From positions 2,173,700 through 2,237,699 of the forward strand of contig CAJINV010000006.1 in assembly GCA_905178155.1 (NCBI GenBank): 64,000 nucleotides of DNA. Reading direction: 5' to 3'. Source of the stretch: Amoebophrya sp. A120 (Eukaryota > Protista > Dinoflagellata). Position numbers and translations under genes: made by a program. This document shows, one piece after another, positions 25,301 to 36,600 of the stretch (the first letter of the stretch is position 1; the number at the start of each line of letters is the position of its first letter). The notes beneath the pieces are model-generated. The model had not been told where the DNA came from, did no database searches, and saw only the letters and a program-made list of their open reading frames with translations.

Positions 25301-26716
25301 GCTAGAAGCTGTATGCATTATGCAAATATGTCCGGGCCCACATCTGGATAAAAGTCATACTAAGGCCTGTGTGCCGAGCAAGCAGCGTTTGACACGGTAT
25401 GACCGCATCACACACAAGCTTTTCGGGCCTTGGTTTTCCGAAAACTTCACAGGTATTTAGCATGGCAAACTGAGCTTCACAGCATGAGAAAAAAGCTCGC
25501 CAACCCTCGCAAACCCTTCATGCAATACAGATCATGGCGTGATGCAACTTCCGCATCACAAACCCAGGCCCAGACACTTCTAATTTGCAATGCATAAGCT
25601 CCGCTCGGTGAGAACAGGTCGTGTCCGTGAAACCCACCGCGTTCTGGTTGAAAATGGTCGCGTATCCTGTGCAAAAGTATTGTATCGCACTAGCAGAGCT
25701 TGCATCACAAATTTTTACGTATAGTGTGTTCAATGAAATTTTTTATCCTGCTTTCCCTATAGGAAGCAGATTTCTCATGCAGTATTGCAACTTGATTGTA
25801 CATAGTCGTAGCACGATATTTTAGCCGTGCATATTCAAGTCGGCGAACAGCGTTTTCGATCCTGCAGGCTTTCGAAGTTCCTGACCAGTGGACGAAATAA
25901 ACGGGTTCGACGATCCGAAACTTCCCTATCCACAGAAAAAAACCATTCCCATCCTTAGTTGGCATGACAACCGCTGGCCCTGATGCAGGTTTGGCATTAC
26001 AAATTGGATGGAAATTTATGTGTGTTTCTTTGTGGATATTCCCGCTGCCGCTGCCGCATATGCAATGTAAATTTGCCGCACATGTACAAAATGCATGACA
26101 AATTTTGCTAACTTGCAGTGTGCAACTTGTCATGCCAGACTAGGATTGAAGGCAAGTTTTGTCATGCAGAGACAGCATTTGTACGTGTACAGGAAATTTA
26201 CTGTGGATACCGCACCGTGTTGCATCATCAGCTCCACATCGGGGTGAACTGGGTGTAGTCCCTTGGATGTTCCGTCATCGAATGCAAACATGTCTCCTGG
26301 GTCTGGAAACTTGTAATGCTGAGTTGTGAATAGTGAGTGCTCTGTAATGCACAGCCAAGCATGAGAAATATTTGCGGGAATATAGTGTTGTGCTTTCGCT
26401 TTTCCGCATGACAAATTGCATTGTTGCATGACAAGCAAAAGGGTCTCTTCTTGGACACGCATCACAGACTTTTCATTCATGCCAGACAAGCATGACAAAC
26501 CTTGCATCCTTCCAGACCCAGACATATTTGCAATTCATATCCGTATTGGTGCGACAAATGCTGCAGGAGAACGTCCCCTACCTCGTCGGCCACGGCAGTG
26601 AAGGACAGGAGGAGATGGATGACCACGGGGAAAATAAAGCGGAAATGCAGTCGGTTGGGTAATTGAAACGGACGAAGCTGGAGTAGTAGATCAAGGGAAG
26701 CACCAAGGGACAGCAT
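22321..26716 (-). CDS. Uncharacterised multi-exon protein interrupted by about 12 introners
   Basis: Coding-like exons between introners (e.g. NQDAITELYHAYMRRDQYNPYDYVPFYYEHGG; QVYFQNILGLDHDGHLGKMINKK). Start and end approximate; no family recognised. Confidence 0.55.
22835..22979. mobile_element. Introner family A
   Basis: A-type TIR; DR AGGTC/AGGTT. Confidence 0.82.
23031..23182. mobile_element. Introner family D (opposite orientation to 3845-3995)
   Basis: CATGCAATGCAAATTTCCCGTAC...GTACGGGAAATTTACTGTGGATA; DR AAAGG/AAACG. Confidence 0.85.
24170..24326. mobile_element. Introner family A
   Basis: A-type TIR; DR ACTTC/ACTTT. Confidence 0.85.
24538..24705. mobile_element. Introner family A
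   Basis: A-type TIR; DR CAGAT. Confidence 0.87.
25312..25596. mobile_element. Introner family B (diverged)
   Basis: B-type TIR; DR AGCTG/AGCTC. Confidence 0.8.
25927..26038. mobile_element. Introner family F (112 bp)
   Basis: TATCCACAGAAA...TTTCTTTGTGGATA; DR TTCCC; similar to 48022-48136. Confidence 0.8.
26059..26209. mobile_element. Introner family D (opposite orientation, 151 bp)
   Basis: D-type TIR; DR CCGCA. Confidence 0.9.
26276..26539. mobile_element. Introner family B
   Basis: B-type TIR; DR TCCGT; close copy of 4409-4664. Confidence 0.88.
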
Positions 26717-29700
26717 CTTTATTACAGCGGTCGACGTGGCAGCTGCAACTGAAACGAAAAAAACGATCGCGGCGCCGGAACTACAACTGAATCGTTGTTC
26801 CTTGTCCACGTTTTAAGTACGCGTAGAGAATCTCAATCTGAATTGATTCAGCTTAGTCACTTCTCATCCATTCATATTCATTCTTGAAGACTTCTTTCAC
26901 GAAAGTTGATGTACAACTACGAATTATACCACCTGCTTCAACGCCCGGTGCTACGTAGTACCTACTAAACTTTACTTCCTTTCCCTGGTCGACGTCGACC
27001 TAGTAACTACGTATTACTATTTTTGAAAACGATGTTTTTTGATGAGGAGGAGCAAAAGCGCACTGTTACTTACTTTTCACAACACAACGTCTACAAACAC
27101 GAGGAAGCAATAACCATGACTCCGAGGTCGCTGGTGGATCAACGAAGCTGCACGACCACAGCCGAAAATGCAAGGCTCAGTAGATGGCAAGCAATGGTCA
27201 TGGACATGGTGTGATCTTCGACGTGATCTACTTTTAATTTTTCCTCGCGGTTGAATCTCTTCAATATCAATGGATCAACATGCTAGGAACGATGAAAACG
27301 AAGACAGCTCGTGAGGAACACGACTTTCACTCATACGAGGGCACAAGGCAGCAACTACTTGCAGTAGTGCGCCGCAGGGAACGTTTGCCCCTGTTTGGCA
27401 GCAAGAAGCGCTGTCCTTTGGATTTTTGTCTTTCACACCGGCGGGAAACAATCACGCGAAAGAAATGGTTCTAGTACTTGACACAAGCGTGCCAGGAAGC
27501 CAAGTTATTCGAGGTGCTGCAAAGTGTCAACTTATTCGAAAACAGTTTCGTCTACAGTTTCCACAAGCCAAGTTATTCGAGTGTCAACGTTATTCTTTTT
27601 TCTTCCGCATCTACAGTTTCGATGTAGTGGAGTTCACCTCACCTGTCTGATACAGTTAGCATAGACTTAGAATGTACGCTAATAGCGGTGTTGTTATAGG
27701 TGAATTTTGATTTTCCGCTCCAGGAGTTGCAGCTAGCTTCTACTTCTTGTCTCTGACTTTCGCTGTCGTTCTTGGCTCTGTCCTCTGTACTAGGGACAGT
27801 AGAAGAGTTACTTTCCATTTCCTTCCTTTGTTTTCTTTCTGTGAGAGTAAGTACCCTATTGCCCTCTCGGTGTATCTGTAATCTAAATGTAGGGATACTA
27901 CCTATCAAATCTGAGCTCGCTCTTTCAATTTCAATTTTCTTTGGAAATAGAAATTGAAAAAGAAATTGATTTTCTTAGGGATGGTAAAATCAATTATTGT
28001 TATTGACGAGTACGCATACAATCTTCAAAATTATCTCTTACTGTGCTGTATTCTCAAGGTAAACCCGTCCTCCGAGACAAATCTTGGCGTCTTTCTTCGA
28101 AAGGGATAAAAGACCGGGGATGCGGTCCTGTATCCTTCCACAACTAGCTTCCTTCGGGCACTACGGGTCGTACTTACATAAAAGAGTTTGGGTAGTTTCT
28201 GTTTTCTTCTTTATTGCTGAGTAGAAGTTTTTACAAGATGCATTTGCGTATTGCAGCATTTTAGATAGACGTGATTAATTTCTCCATAGTTCAACAAGCT
28301 CTACTCGGGAAGACAACAACATTCCAGCGGACTAGACATTTCGAATCGGACCTTCTGCACGAACGTGAATGCCACCTCCGCTTTATTTTGCTGCAAGTGC
28401 AACCACGAGTGAGATAAGCTGAAGAAAATTTTTTGCGAATGTTAAGATTAAAGAAACGAGAAACACAGGTCAAGATTAAAAGGAAACATCTGTATCCGGC
28501 TATTTTGTTGGTGCAATATTATTTGAGAAGTTCGAAACAAAGATGTAAACGTATCTGCAATATCAATTCGAATCAACAGGGAGGGCACGTACTACGAAAC
28601 AAAGTTTTAAACGCACGGTGGCTTGGTACATGAGACCCGCTGTGTTTTTCCACCGCTTCGAGTCTTCTAGAAAGTTGGGTTTCAAGGATTCGGAAAAGTA
28701 GGAGGGCGCACGTAAACAAAAACAAGGGAACCTATGCGGGTTGCTTGTTTGTTTGTGGTGCTAGTACAGGTGGTAGCTCTAACAAATACAAAACGATTGC
28801 TGAGGACTAAAGATGAGCTCAAGATGACCTGATCGTAGAGTGACCGCAACGAGCAGTGGCTTTGGCCACGTCAAACTACTTCTGTAAAAATCTCATAATT
28901 GAAACAACCTTTACTTTTTGGAAACTCAAACTCGAACCGCTTGATGGCAATATTGTAAATATAAAAATCGTATTCGGTATTTTCGTTGTAAAACAAATCT
29001 AACTCATCTGTGCACAAATGTAGTCGAGCGTACCCGTAGTTGCAGCTCCTGCTAGTATCTGTGTAAAACCAACAGGGCAATTTGGTTTCGCTGTGCGCAG
29101 GAGCGAATGGCTGTGCAAGATATTTCAAGTCAGAAAATCGTGAGTGTTGTGGAACTCCTGAATAGAATACCGTAACATGTAAATTTTTATTGTAAACTTT
29201 CTTGGAAAACGAATTTATAGAGTTACTAAGTGACCCAGAGAGGCAGGTACTTTGCAAGCTCTTAGTTGTCAAGCTCTCCTCTGGGAATACGAATATCCCA
29301 GTCAAGTTTTGTAAACCTTTAAGTATTTTTTTGTAGGGCTATTGTTGAACAACTGGAAACACATATCGAGCTCTCAGCTCTGAACCACCGTGGCATAATT
29401 GTTTTTCTAGAGTCGAGGATTTGTAGTTGAGACTAAACCTGAAGCTGAACAGACGAACCCTGTGTAAAGTAAACCTAAACGTGGTATCATATATAGCGCT
29501 GCGATTGCTATCTAGTGCTTGATCCTTAAATCTGCTACTCATCATCTGCCGGAAACTTTTCGAACCTCCGTCACTGCACGATCTAAATCAATCGATTATC
29601 GACCAGAAAACCAAAACTTGTCAGGGTCAAGAAAATTGCACACTTCGGTAATTTGCCGTGAAACTACGCAGGCGAATTTTTCAGTACTACTAATTTGCAG

Positions 29701-31320
29701 GCTATGACTGACATATAACATCATGTAGCATTACAAATGCAAATTTTATTTCAATTTTCTCGGACGCTGGCAAGTTGATATTTCTGGTCACACTGCATAT
29801 TAACATTCTGTCTTCGCCGACACCAAATTCACAACACCATCTCCTCATTGCATGTTCGAGAAACAGCCGCCTTTCTTGCTCTGTCCTAAACCGCCTACTG
29901 AGCCTATGGATTGCAACTATGTCGGCAGGTCTGGTGGAAATTTGTAACGGTTGCAGGTGGCTGGTGCCTTCGAAACGAGTAAACCACTTTCCAGCGGAAC
30001 CAAGCATGACAAGTCCTTTAAATGGTGTCCCATGCCTAGTTGTGCGCAATACAGCATGCGTTCTTGGACTACAGACCGATGCGGTGCTTTTGTCTGCTTC
30101 GCAGTACTAGAGGTTCTGGTTCTACAGCATCAATGCAAACCATGGAATACTTACAAGTTACAACATTCTATTGCACACAGACTCAGAGAACATAGTTGCA
30201 AAGGATACGAAAATTCAATTTTCGATTAACGTCCGCCGTACTTGATCTTGAAATTTTTGGAAGTCCACCGTACAATATAACTACCTGTAGAAGATTGTCA
30301 TTTTTGTTTTGAATTTTAATTAAGCATACTATATCATGCTTGTTCTAAATCTAGCATGTGATGTGCAAATACATTCATTGCGTTCTTTCCGTTTGAGATT
30401 CAGTAGTCGTTATGCATCACACGTAGGTAAATCCACTATCCACGGTGCAGCACATGACAAAGCTGTACCAGTATCGTTCCGTCCCACGACCGCATCAACA
30501 ACACCTCGCCCAGCTGGAACTCCAAGCTTGCCGATAAAAGTAAAATCTACTAAATCGTCTAACATCTTCCAGGTTCTTCAATAAGTTCGCTCCCGCAAGA
30601 GTACAGCAAGGTCGCTTGCTTGGAAAATTGAAATTCCAGTTACCTCCGCAACCGATCTATTCCTTCGTGCTGGTGGTCTCGTCTAAAACGTCGCTAATAC
30701 TGATACTCGATAAAATCTTCGATTGCCGGCACCGGGTCCTTGTTTTTATTGTGAAGATTGGTTTACTGAGTATCAGATATCACGTGTGCGCGTGGCTTAC
30801 TTCTTTTGCATGACAACGTCAAATTCCAATCATGCTGAAGTTGCTTATGTTATTGAAGACAGTGCAACAGATTTTGCAAGACAACAACAACTGCAACTCA
30901 GAATCAAAGTACCTTTCCTATAGATAAGTAACTTTTCCTTGCGGTCTCCCGACAACGATTCCGGATGTACACAAGCGAAAATTATCGGCTCAACAAAAAT
31001 CGATGCTTCGTCTCGAAAACTGGTGTACGGTTGGTGACGACAATGTCAATGTCGTCGACAATGTCAATGCCGTCATGATGAAAGATGGTGTACTAGCGGA
31101 AGTTCTTGTGAGCAGATGCGCCGAGGACTGCAGCTGAAGTGACTGAGTTCTTACAGGTGGAAGAAAACGGAGGAGAACGTGTAAGTGTATCCATTGTTGT
31201 AAATAATTCCCCGCGGTCGTACACGCACGTACAAATTCTTGCATGACAATTGATTATCTACATCTTTATTGTATTCGCGCATGACACGTGCCGGCTTCGT
31301 AATCAAAGTTGCAAAAAAGA

Positions 31321-31521
31321 TATGGCGGCGTTAACTACTTCACTTCTAACTATTTCAAATTTTTTGCTTGAGGTAAAAGCATCCCCTTTATATAGGTAGT
31401 TAAAGTAGCTACTTTAAATAGCTACTTTAAGTAGCTACATCATTAATTGTAGCTGATTTGTAGAGAAAAGCTCGAATCCGTCTCCACGACGCTGTGCTGC
31501 CACGGACTTGTCTCGGAACGC
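31321..31521 (+). repeat. Left terminal inverted repeat
   Basis: Reverse complement of 42558-42758; contains tandem TAGCTA-centred palindromes. Confidence 0.95.
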
Positions 31522-31899
31522 TTGCCGGAGATGTCCATGGTTCTGGAATACACGCACTAGACAAGCGAAAAAACCTCGGCTCCAGCCCTACTGTATCGGT
31601 ATAGAGGACAAGTTTGACACCTAAGACACAGACAGAAGACTACTACTCGGGGAGAGATGCTGGAGCTAAAATGGGGTCGGTTCTGCAGGGTGATATTGTG
31701 AATGGTACAGCCTATTGAGTACATAAATTGCGTGTTGAATTTAGTGCATTTTCAGGCCTATTATATCTTCTCACAGCATTGCTCTTGCCCCTCAAAAACC
31801 ATACTCATCATCCCGACTTATTCTGCGATTTTTGGATCTCGAAGATTGTTGCGAGTTGCCCTGTATTTGATTGGTTATCTTGATCTGAACACCCACAAA

Positions 31900-33195
31900 A
31901 TGGGGACCCGTCCTCACTCGATTGAAGGCAAAGGATTGACAAAATTTATAGAGCTTGTTTCTGATGACTTCGAGGTAATGCGTGGGCTCGAGCTTCGGGC
32001 GGACATTTTCATTCGTCAACGCGTTCCAGTATTTCGAGGTGGGCGGCAAACTGCAGAATGGATGGCGATTCAATTGAAGATCTGCAGCACAAGAGCCATG
32101 GCTTGGAAACGCAAGATGCGCATGATCTTGCGCGACGATCACGACGTTTTGCACAACATCATTCTGCTAGGTGTGCCACTTGATGGAGGAAAATGCTTCG
32201 TGCATTTGGTTCATCGACATTTGCCTTACGAGCAATTCGACATGGACAACGTCCGCCACAACTGCACCCCAGCCCACCACCTGGGCCGTCGGCTGCTGCA
32301 GATCCAGAACAGCGGCTCCACGCCGCTGATGATTGAGCCCTCCCGCCCACATGTTTATAGCCGGGCGACTTTGGTGGAGAATGATGCCCGCAAAGACTTT
32401 CACAGAATGCTCCAGAAGGCCGGAATTCGGTACGAAATGGGGCCGCGAGAGTACGGCGCTGTCGATGGATTACTTTCACTTGCCGACGCTCCAGACCGCA
32501 CATTTCGGGCGCAAGAGAAAGCTCTGTCTCTCCGTGCTGATGATGAAGGAGATGCAACTTTGGCGTTGCGTTGCAGTCTACGCAGGTACCAATGTTGTTG
32601 CTGTTTTGTCCTATTTGGCGTTGATCGGCTGAAGTTCCAATCACAAAGCAACAAACAACACCAACAGGTCCAGCGGAAACGTCTACACAGTAGAAGACGC
32701 GGACTACTTGCTCCTCCATGCCCTGGACCGCCATAGATGTGCATGCGATGATCCCCACATAGTCGGGCGCGCTTTGGTGTCCTTTGCAGATTTGGACGCC
32801 CACGGTTACTCGAAAAACAAGAGGAAAAGGCATAGTTGTAAAAAGGCTTCTGAGTATCATTGGCACTACATAATTCTAGGTGTGTAAGGCTAATATATGC
32901 TAGCACTGACATCTATGAAAAGAGGGGCAATTACACATACAGGACGGAGGGGATTTCGATGCTGTCAATCTATCCTGAAGTAGATGGCATTAAAGCCCCA
33001 CGATCAACATGGCTGGAAGACCGATATCACGACCGACGACATGTTGCTGCTGCTATCAAGACCGAGCTTCAGCGCGCGAACGAAATCAATACCCGACGAA
33101 GTCTACGTGAATCAGATGCGGACGAAGATGATGCACGAACCGACGAGTCGTGGCTTGGTAAACTGCTGGACATGTTTCCTTGGGTCTTCGAGTAG
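31900..33195 (+). CDS. Tandem (twin-domain) PD-(D/E)XK-type endonuclease, probably 3 exons
   Basis: Domain 1 ELRADIFIR..EWMAIQLK; domain 2 EYGAVDGLL..RAQEK; after a 49-bp GT-AG intron (32586-32634) YTVEDADYLLL..ALVSFADLDAHG; last exon GNYTYRTEGISMLSIYP. Second intron not precisely placed. Confidence 0.65.
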
Positions 33196-33689
33196 AGCGA
33201 CCAACTACAACTACCGAGCAGTGCATGTACAGCATCCGACTTCATCGGCGGTCGAACATCCCCACTACATGGACTAGAACACGCAGAAAGGCGACAGTGA
33301 CAAGCTTAGCATTTCAGTTTTTCAACGCGGTGATACGGCGGCACAGTGTTGCCAACACAAATTCTCGCTTTGATTACTGTGTGACTCTTTCTTTATTTTA
33401 TTTTACTTCTACTCCTATGTCTTTCGTTGTAGTCGGGCGCTGTACTAAACTGCGAGGTTGAAAGTTTTGCACTTCTTATTTTTGTTGTTTTGTAGCAGTT
33501 TTGATCCTTTTCCATCTACTATTAGTCACTATCACTTTTACTTTGTTAGTCATGCAGTCTGATGCTAGTTTCATTTGTTTTTCACAGAATAAAAATAGTG
33601 TAGTCGAACTGAATAATTAATAGTAAATTTTTGCAACACTCACTAGTAAAACGCGCGACAATTATTTCAACCAAAAATATTTTGACAAT

Positions 33690-36600
33690 TTAATCGATTT
33701 TGCGACTGGACGATGATGATGAAGAAGCCTGCTTTGATGTGTTAAAGGAGACGCTTTTATCGTTGTCTTTATTCACTTTTTTCATCACGGTAAGTCTCGG
33801 CACCTCCTTTCCCTTGACGATCAGTCTTTTCGCTCTGTTCGCCGCCTGCACCATCTTTCGTTTGCCGATGTTCAGATGCCACTGCGGATCAAACATCAGG
33901 ACGTCGGACATGTTGATACCGTTGGGATCGATCGCTTCCACGTACATGTGCTCCGCCGAAAACTTCCACTCGCGTTCGATGCGGGGGAAGAAGTTATCCG
34001 CGATGTTTTTCTTCGCATCCGGCTCAATATCACACTCCGGCGCGTACAGCTCGTGCGTCGGCTTGTACTTCCGGTGGTTCCACGTCAGCCGCAAGACGTC
34101 ATCGCACATGCCCTGATTGACGCGGTGGGATCGCACAACACCAACAACCATCGGCCGCTCACCCGGTTTCGCGTACTGGATGTGGAGCGCCAACTTGGCG
34201 GCTTCCTTCGTGCAGCCAGATTTGCGGGAGGCGGTGGACTGGCGGGATTTTTCCACGACCTTTGGCGCACTTTCCGCAAGCTTCGCTTTTTTCGCGTTTT
34301 TACGGTCCTGCGCCAGATGCTCGAACTCGTGGCCATCCATGACGACCTGACGCTTCTTCCGCTGGTCAACCTTGTCCTTCAAAATTTCGATTACCTCCGC
34401 TTCGGCGTCACCGGTTTCCAGCATCCGCTTGTAAATCCGAGCGCGGACGGAGGAGTTGATTGTCGTCAGCATTTCGAAGGTAGTCTCCGGGTGCAATTCC
34501 ATGAACTCCGCCAGCAATTTATGAATTGCAAAATGACACTGTAGTCGTGCTTGTTGTAGTTTTATTTTGTTCATGAAGCAACTTGCTACGCATGATATGC
34601 ATGACAAATTTATATGATGCAAGATCTGAAGAACTACAACAACGCCACTACAGAGTGTCATTTTGCACTGCGGTATTGATCCATCTGCGCGTCCTCCTTA
34701 GCATGCGGAAACCAAGCGCCGCAAATCACGTCCTTGCTGATCCACATGGCGTTGCACGGGATGTGCAGCACTGTTCCTTCCGGGTTGAGCACGGTGCCGT
34801 CGAAATAATCAAACATGCTGAGCGTGCCGCTTTTGATGTACTTGCTCAAGTCGACAAACGCCTCCTCCTGGAAATCGTAGTGGTCTGGTTTGTCGGTTCT
34901 CTTCAGCTGTATTCCAGTGGCGTACGCGCCGTTCTGCATCGGCACCGCAATCGGGGGGGAAAGCCGGTCCTTGCGGATGATCACAAAACCGCGCTCCTTG
35001 ATTTTCTCGCTGATTTTCTTCACGGTGGCGAAGTTTTTGCTCGCGCCTTCGTGGAACAAGCGCTGCAGCAACGGCCAGGCTTCATCCACCACGGTTTTGC
35101 ACTTGATTCCCCGGAAGCCAAGATTAGTAGCGGAACAGGTTGCAGTAGTTTCATCTCCGGCATAATCAACAGCAGCTTTGATTTTTTCCGGAGCCTTGCT
35201 CTTCTTGTAATCCGCGTACGCGTTGTCAAGATTGCCCTTGATGTCCAGAAGCTGTTTGATGTGCATCGTTTTGCCCTCCTTCTTCGCCTCGAGTTGTAGT
35301 TTCTCCTCGCGCTCCTTGAACGCGTCCTTCAGGCACTGATCAGTTGTATTTGGTTGACTCAACATCTCGATCTTGGTGACGGACAAAATATCCTCGACTG
35401 GGATGGACGGACACTTCTCAATGCTGGACAACCGCGGGGCCGGTGGATAATGCGGATGACACTGAGAAGCAAGTTCGCGATGGCGCTGCTTGCTGCCGAG
35501 GGAGCAATCGGGGTCGACGAACATGGCGTATTGTGTTCTCGTCTTCCATTGGGTTTCGGATTCTTTTTCGAAGATCGGCCTCCCCTCGTTCACGAGCCGC
35601 ACTTGCCGGGTCAGCAGATCGCGCCTGGTAGAGGGTTCGACACAGAGGCACCTCAGCGCCTTCTTCGCAAAAATCGGCAGATTGAAACTCAAGTCCTGCT
35701 GGAGGCACTGCAGATTCCGGGTCTGGGGCGCGTACCGGTTGTGGCAGATGGACTCCCAAAAGCCAAACACCGGATCCCAGCAATCGAACCAGTACGCGTT
35801 GAGACAGCGCGCGACCATCTTCCATCCGGTGGTGAAGTGGAGATCACTGCGATGCATCTTCTTCTGCACGTCGAAAATCATGTTCGTCCAGGTCTGCGGG
35901 CGCATTCTGGCAAACCGTTCATTGATCTCCGGCGTAGTCAAAGTGGTATCGGAAAGCATGACAACCAAAACTGCAATCTACTACACTAGAACCGAATTTG
36001 TCATGCAAGACACGTCATTAATTATGCACTTTGGTATCAGTAGTAGATGGCAGTTTTGTTTGATACGCTGCAAGTCTTCACCGAGGTACGTAGCGCCGCG
36101 CGCAGCGGAGCGTAGTTGCGTTCTGCAGCATTGTGGTATCGTTGCCGAGTCGCGAGCTCAGCGCTTCTAACAATCGCCAGTAGTTGTACATCGGCATGGT
36201 CATGTCTTTCTGCACCTCACGGTCCCAATACGTTACTTTCCGCAACAGCCCGTAGTATTGCCACGCGTAGCCCACAAAGGTCTTGCTCAGCAGCTTCTCA
36301 TCATTTTTGTCGTCTTCGAACTGCAGCTCCGCCGGAAGAGGTTGCGGCAATTCCTTATCCATCTCCGGCGACCACAGATCGTTGATTTTATGCATGACAA
36401 ACACTGCTATTGCCCTTGAAAGTTGACGAGTCAGACTGAAAAACGCATTTTATGGCTGCAAAGTTTCGGCATGAGCAGATGTTCCTGCGCATGACAAATC
36501 ATGCACATAGGCAATAGCAGGGTTTGCAAGCATAAATATTGTCTCCATCTTCGTCAATTTGCATCTTCGGATCCCACTTACCTGGTTTTTTGAATGGTTG

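Noticed and set aside
3729-26525. Recurrent ORF-track peptides (MSKKRPFCLSC, FQTQTYL, PDPDIF, CKSIVLV) as a protein repeat family
   Set aside because: They are translations of introner sequence, not real coding.
2385-27690. Shared ACGCTAATAG string at the edges of two intergenic islands (about 2390 and 27676)
   Set aside because: Only 10 nt identical; compatible with chance.
33960-34000. PRIEREW as the IS3EU/integrase NQRIERLW motif
   Set aside because: The expected upstream DxGxEN and first-Asp motifs are not at suitable spacing in this exon; likely chance.
33700-36170. Long + strand ORFs overlapping the element's minus-strand gene
   Set aside because: Antisense shadows caused by GC3-biased codons of the minus-strand exons.
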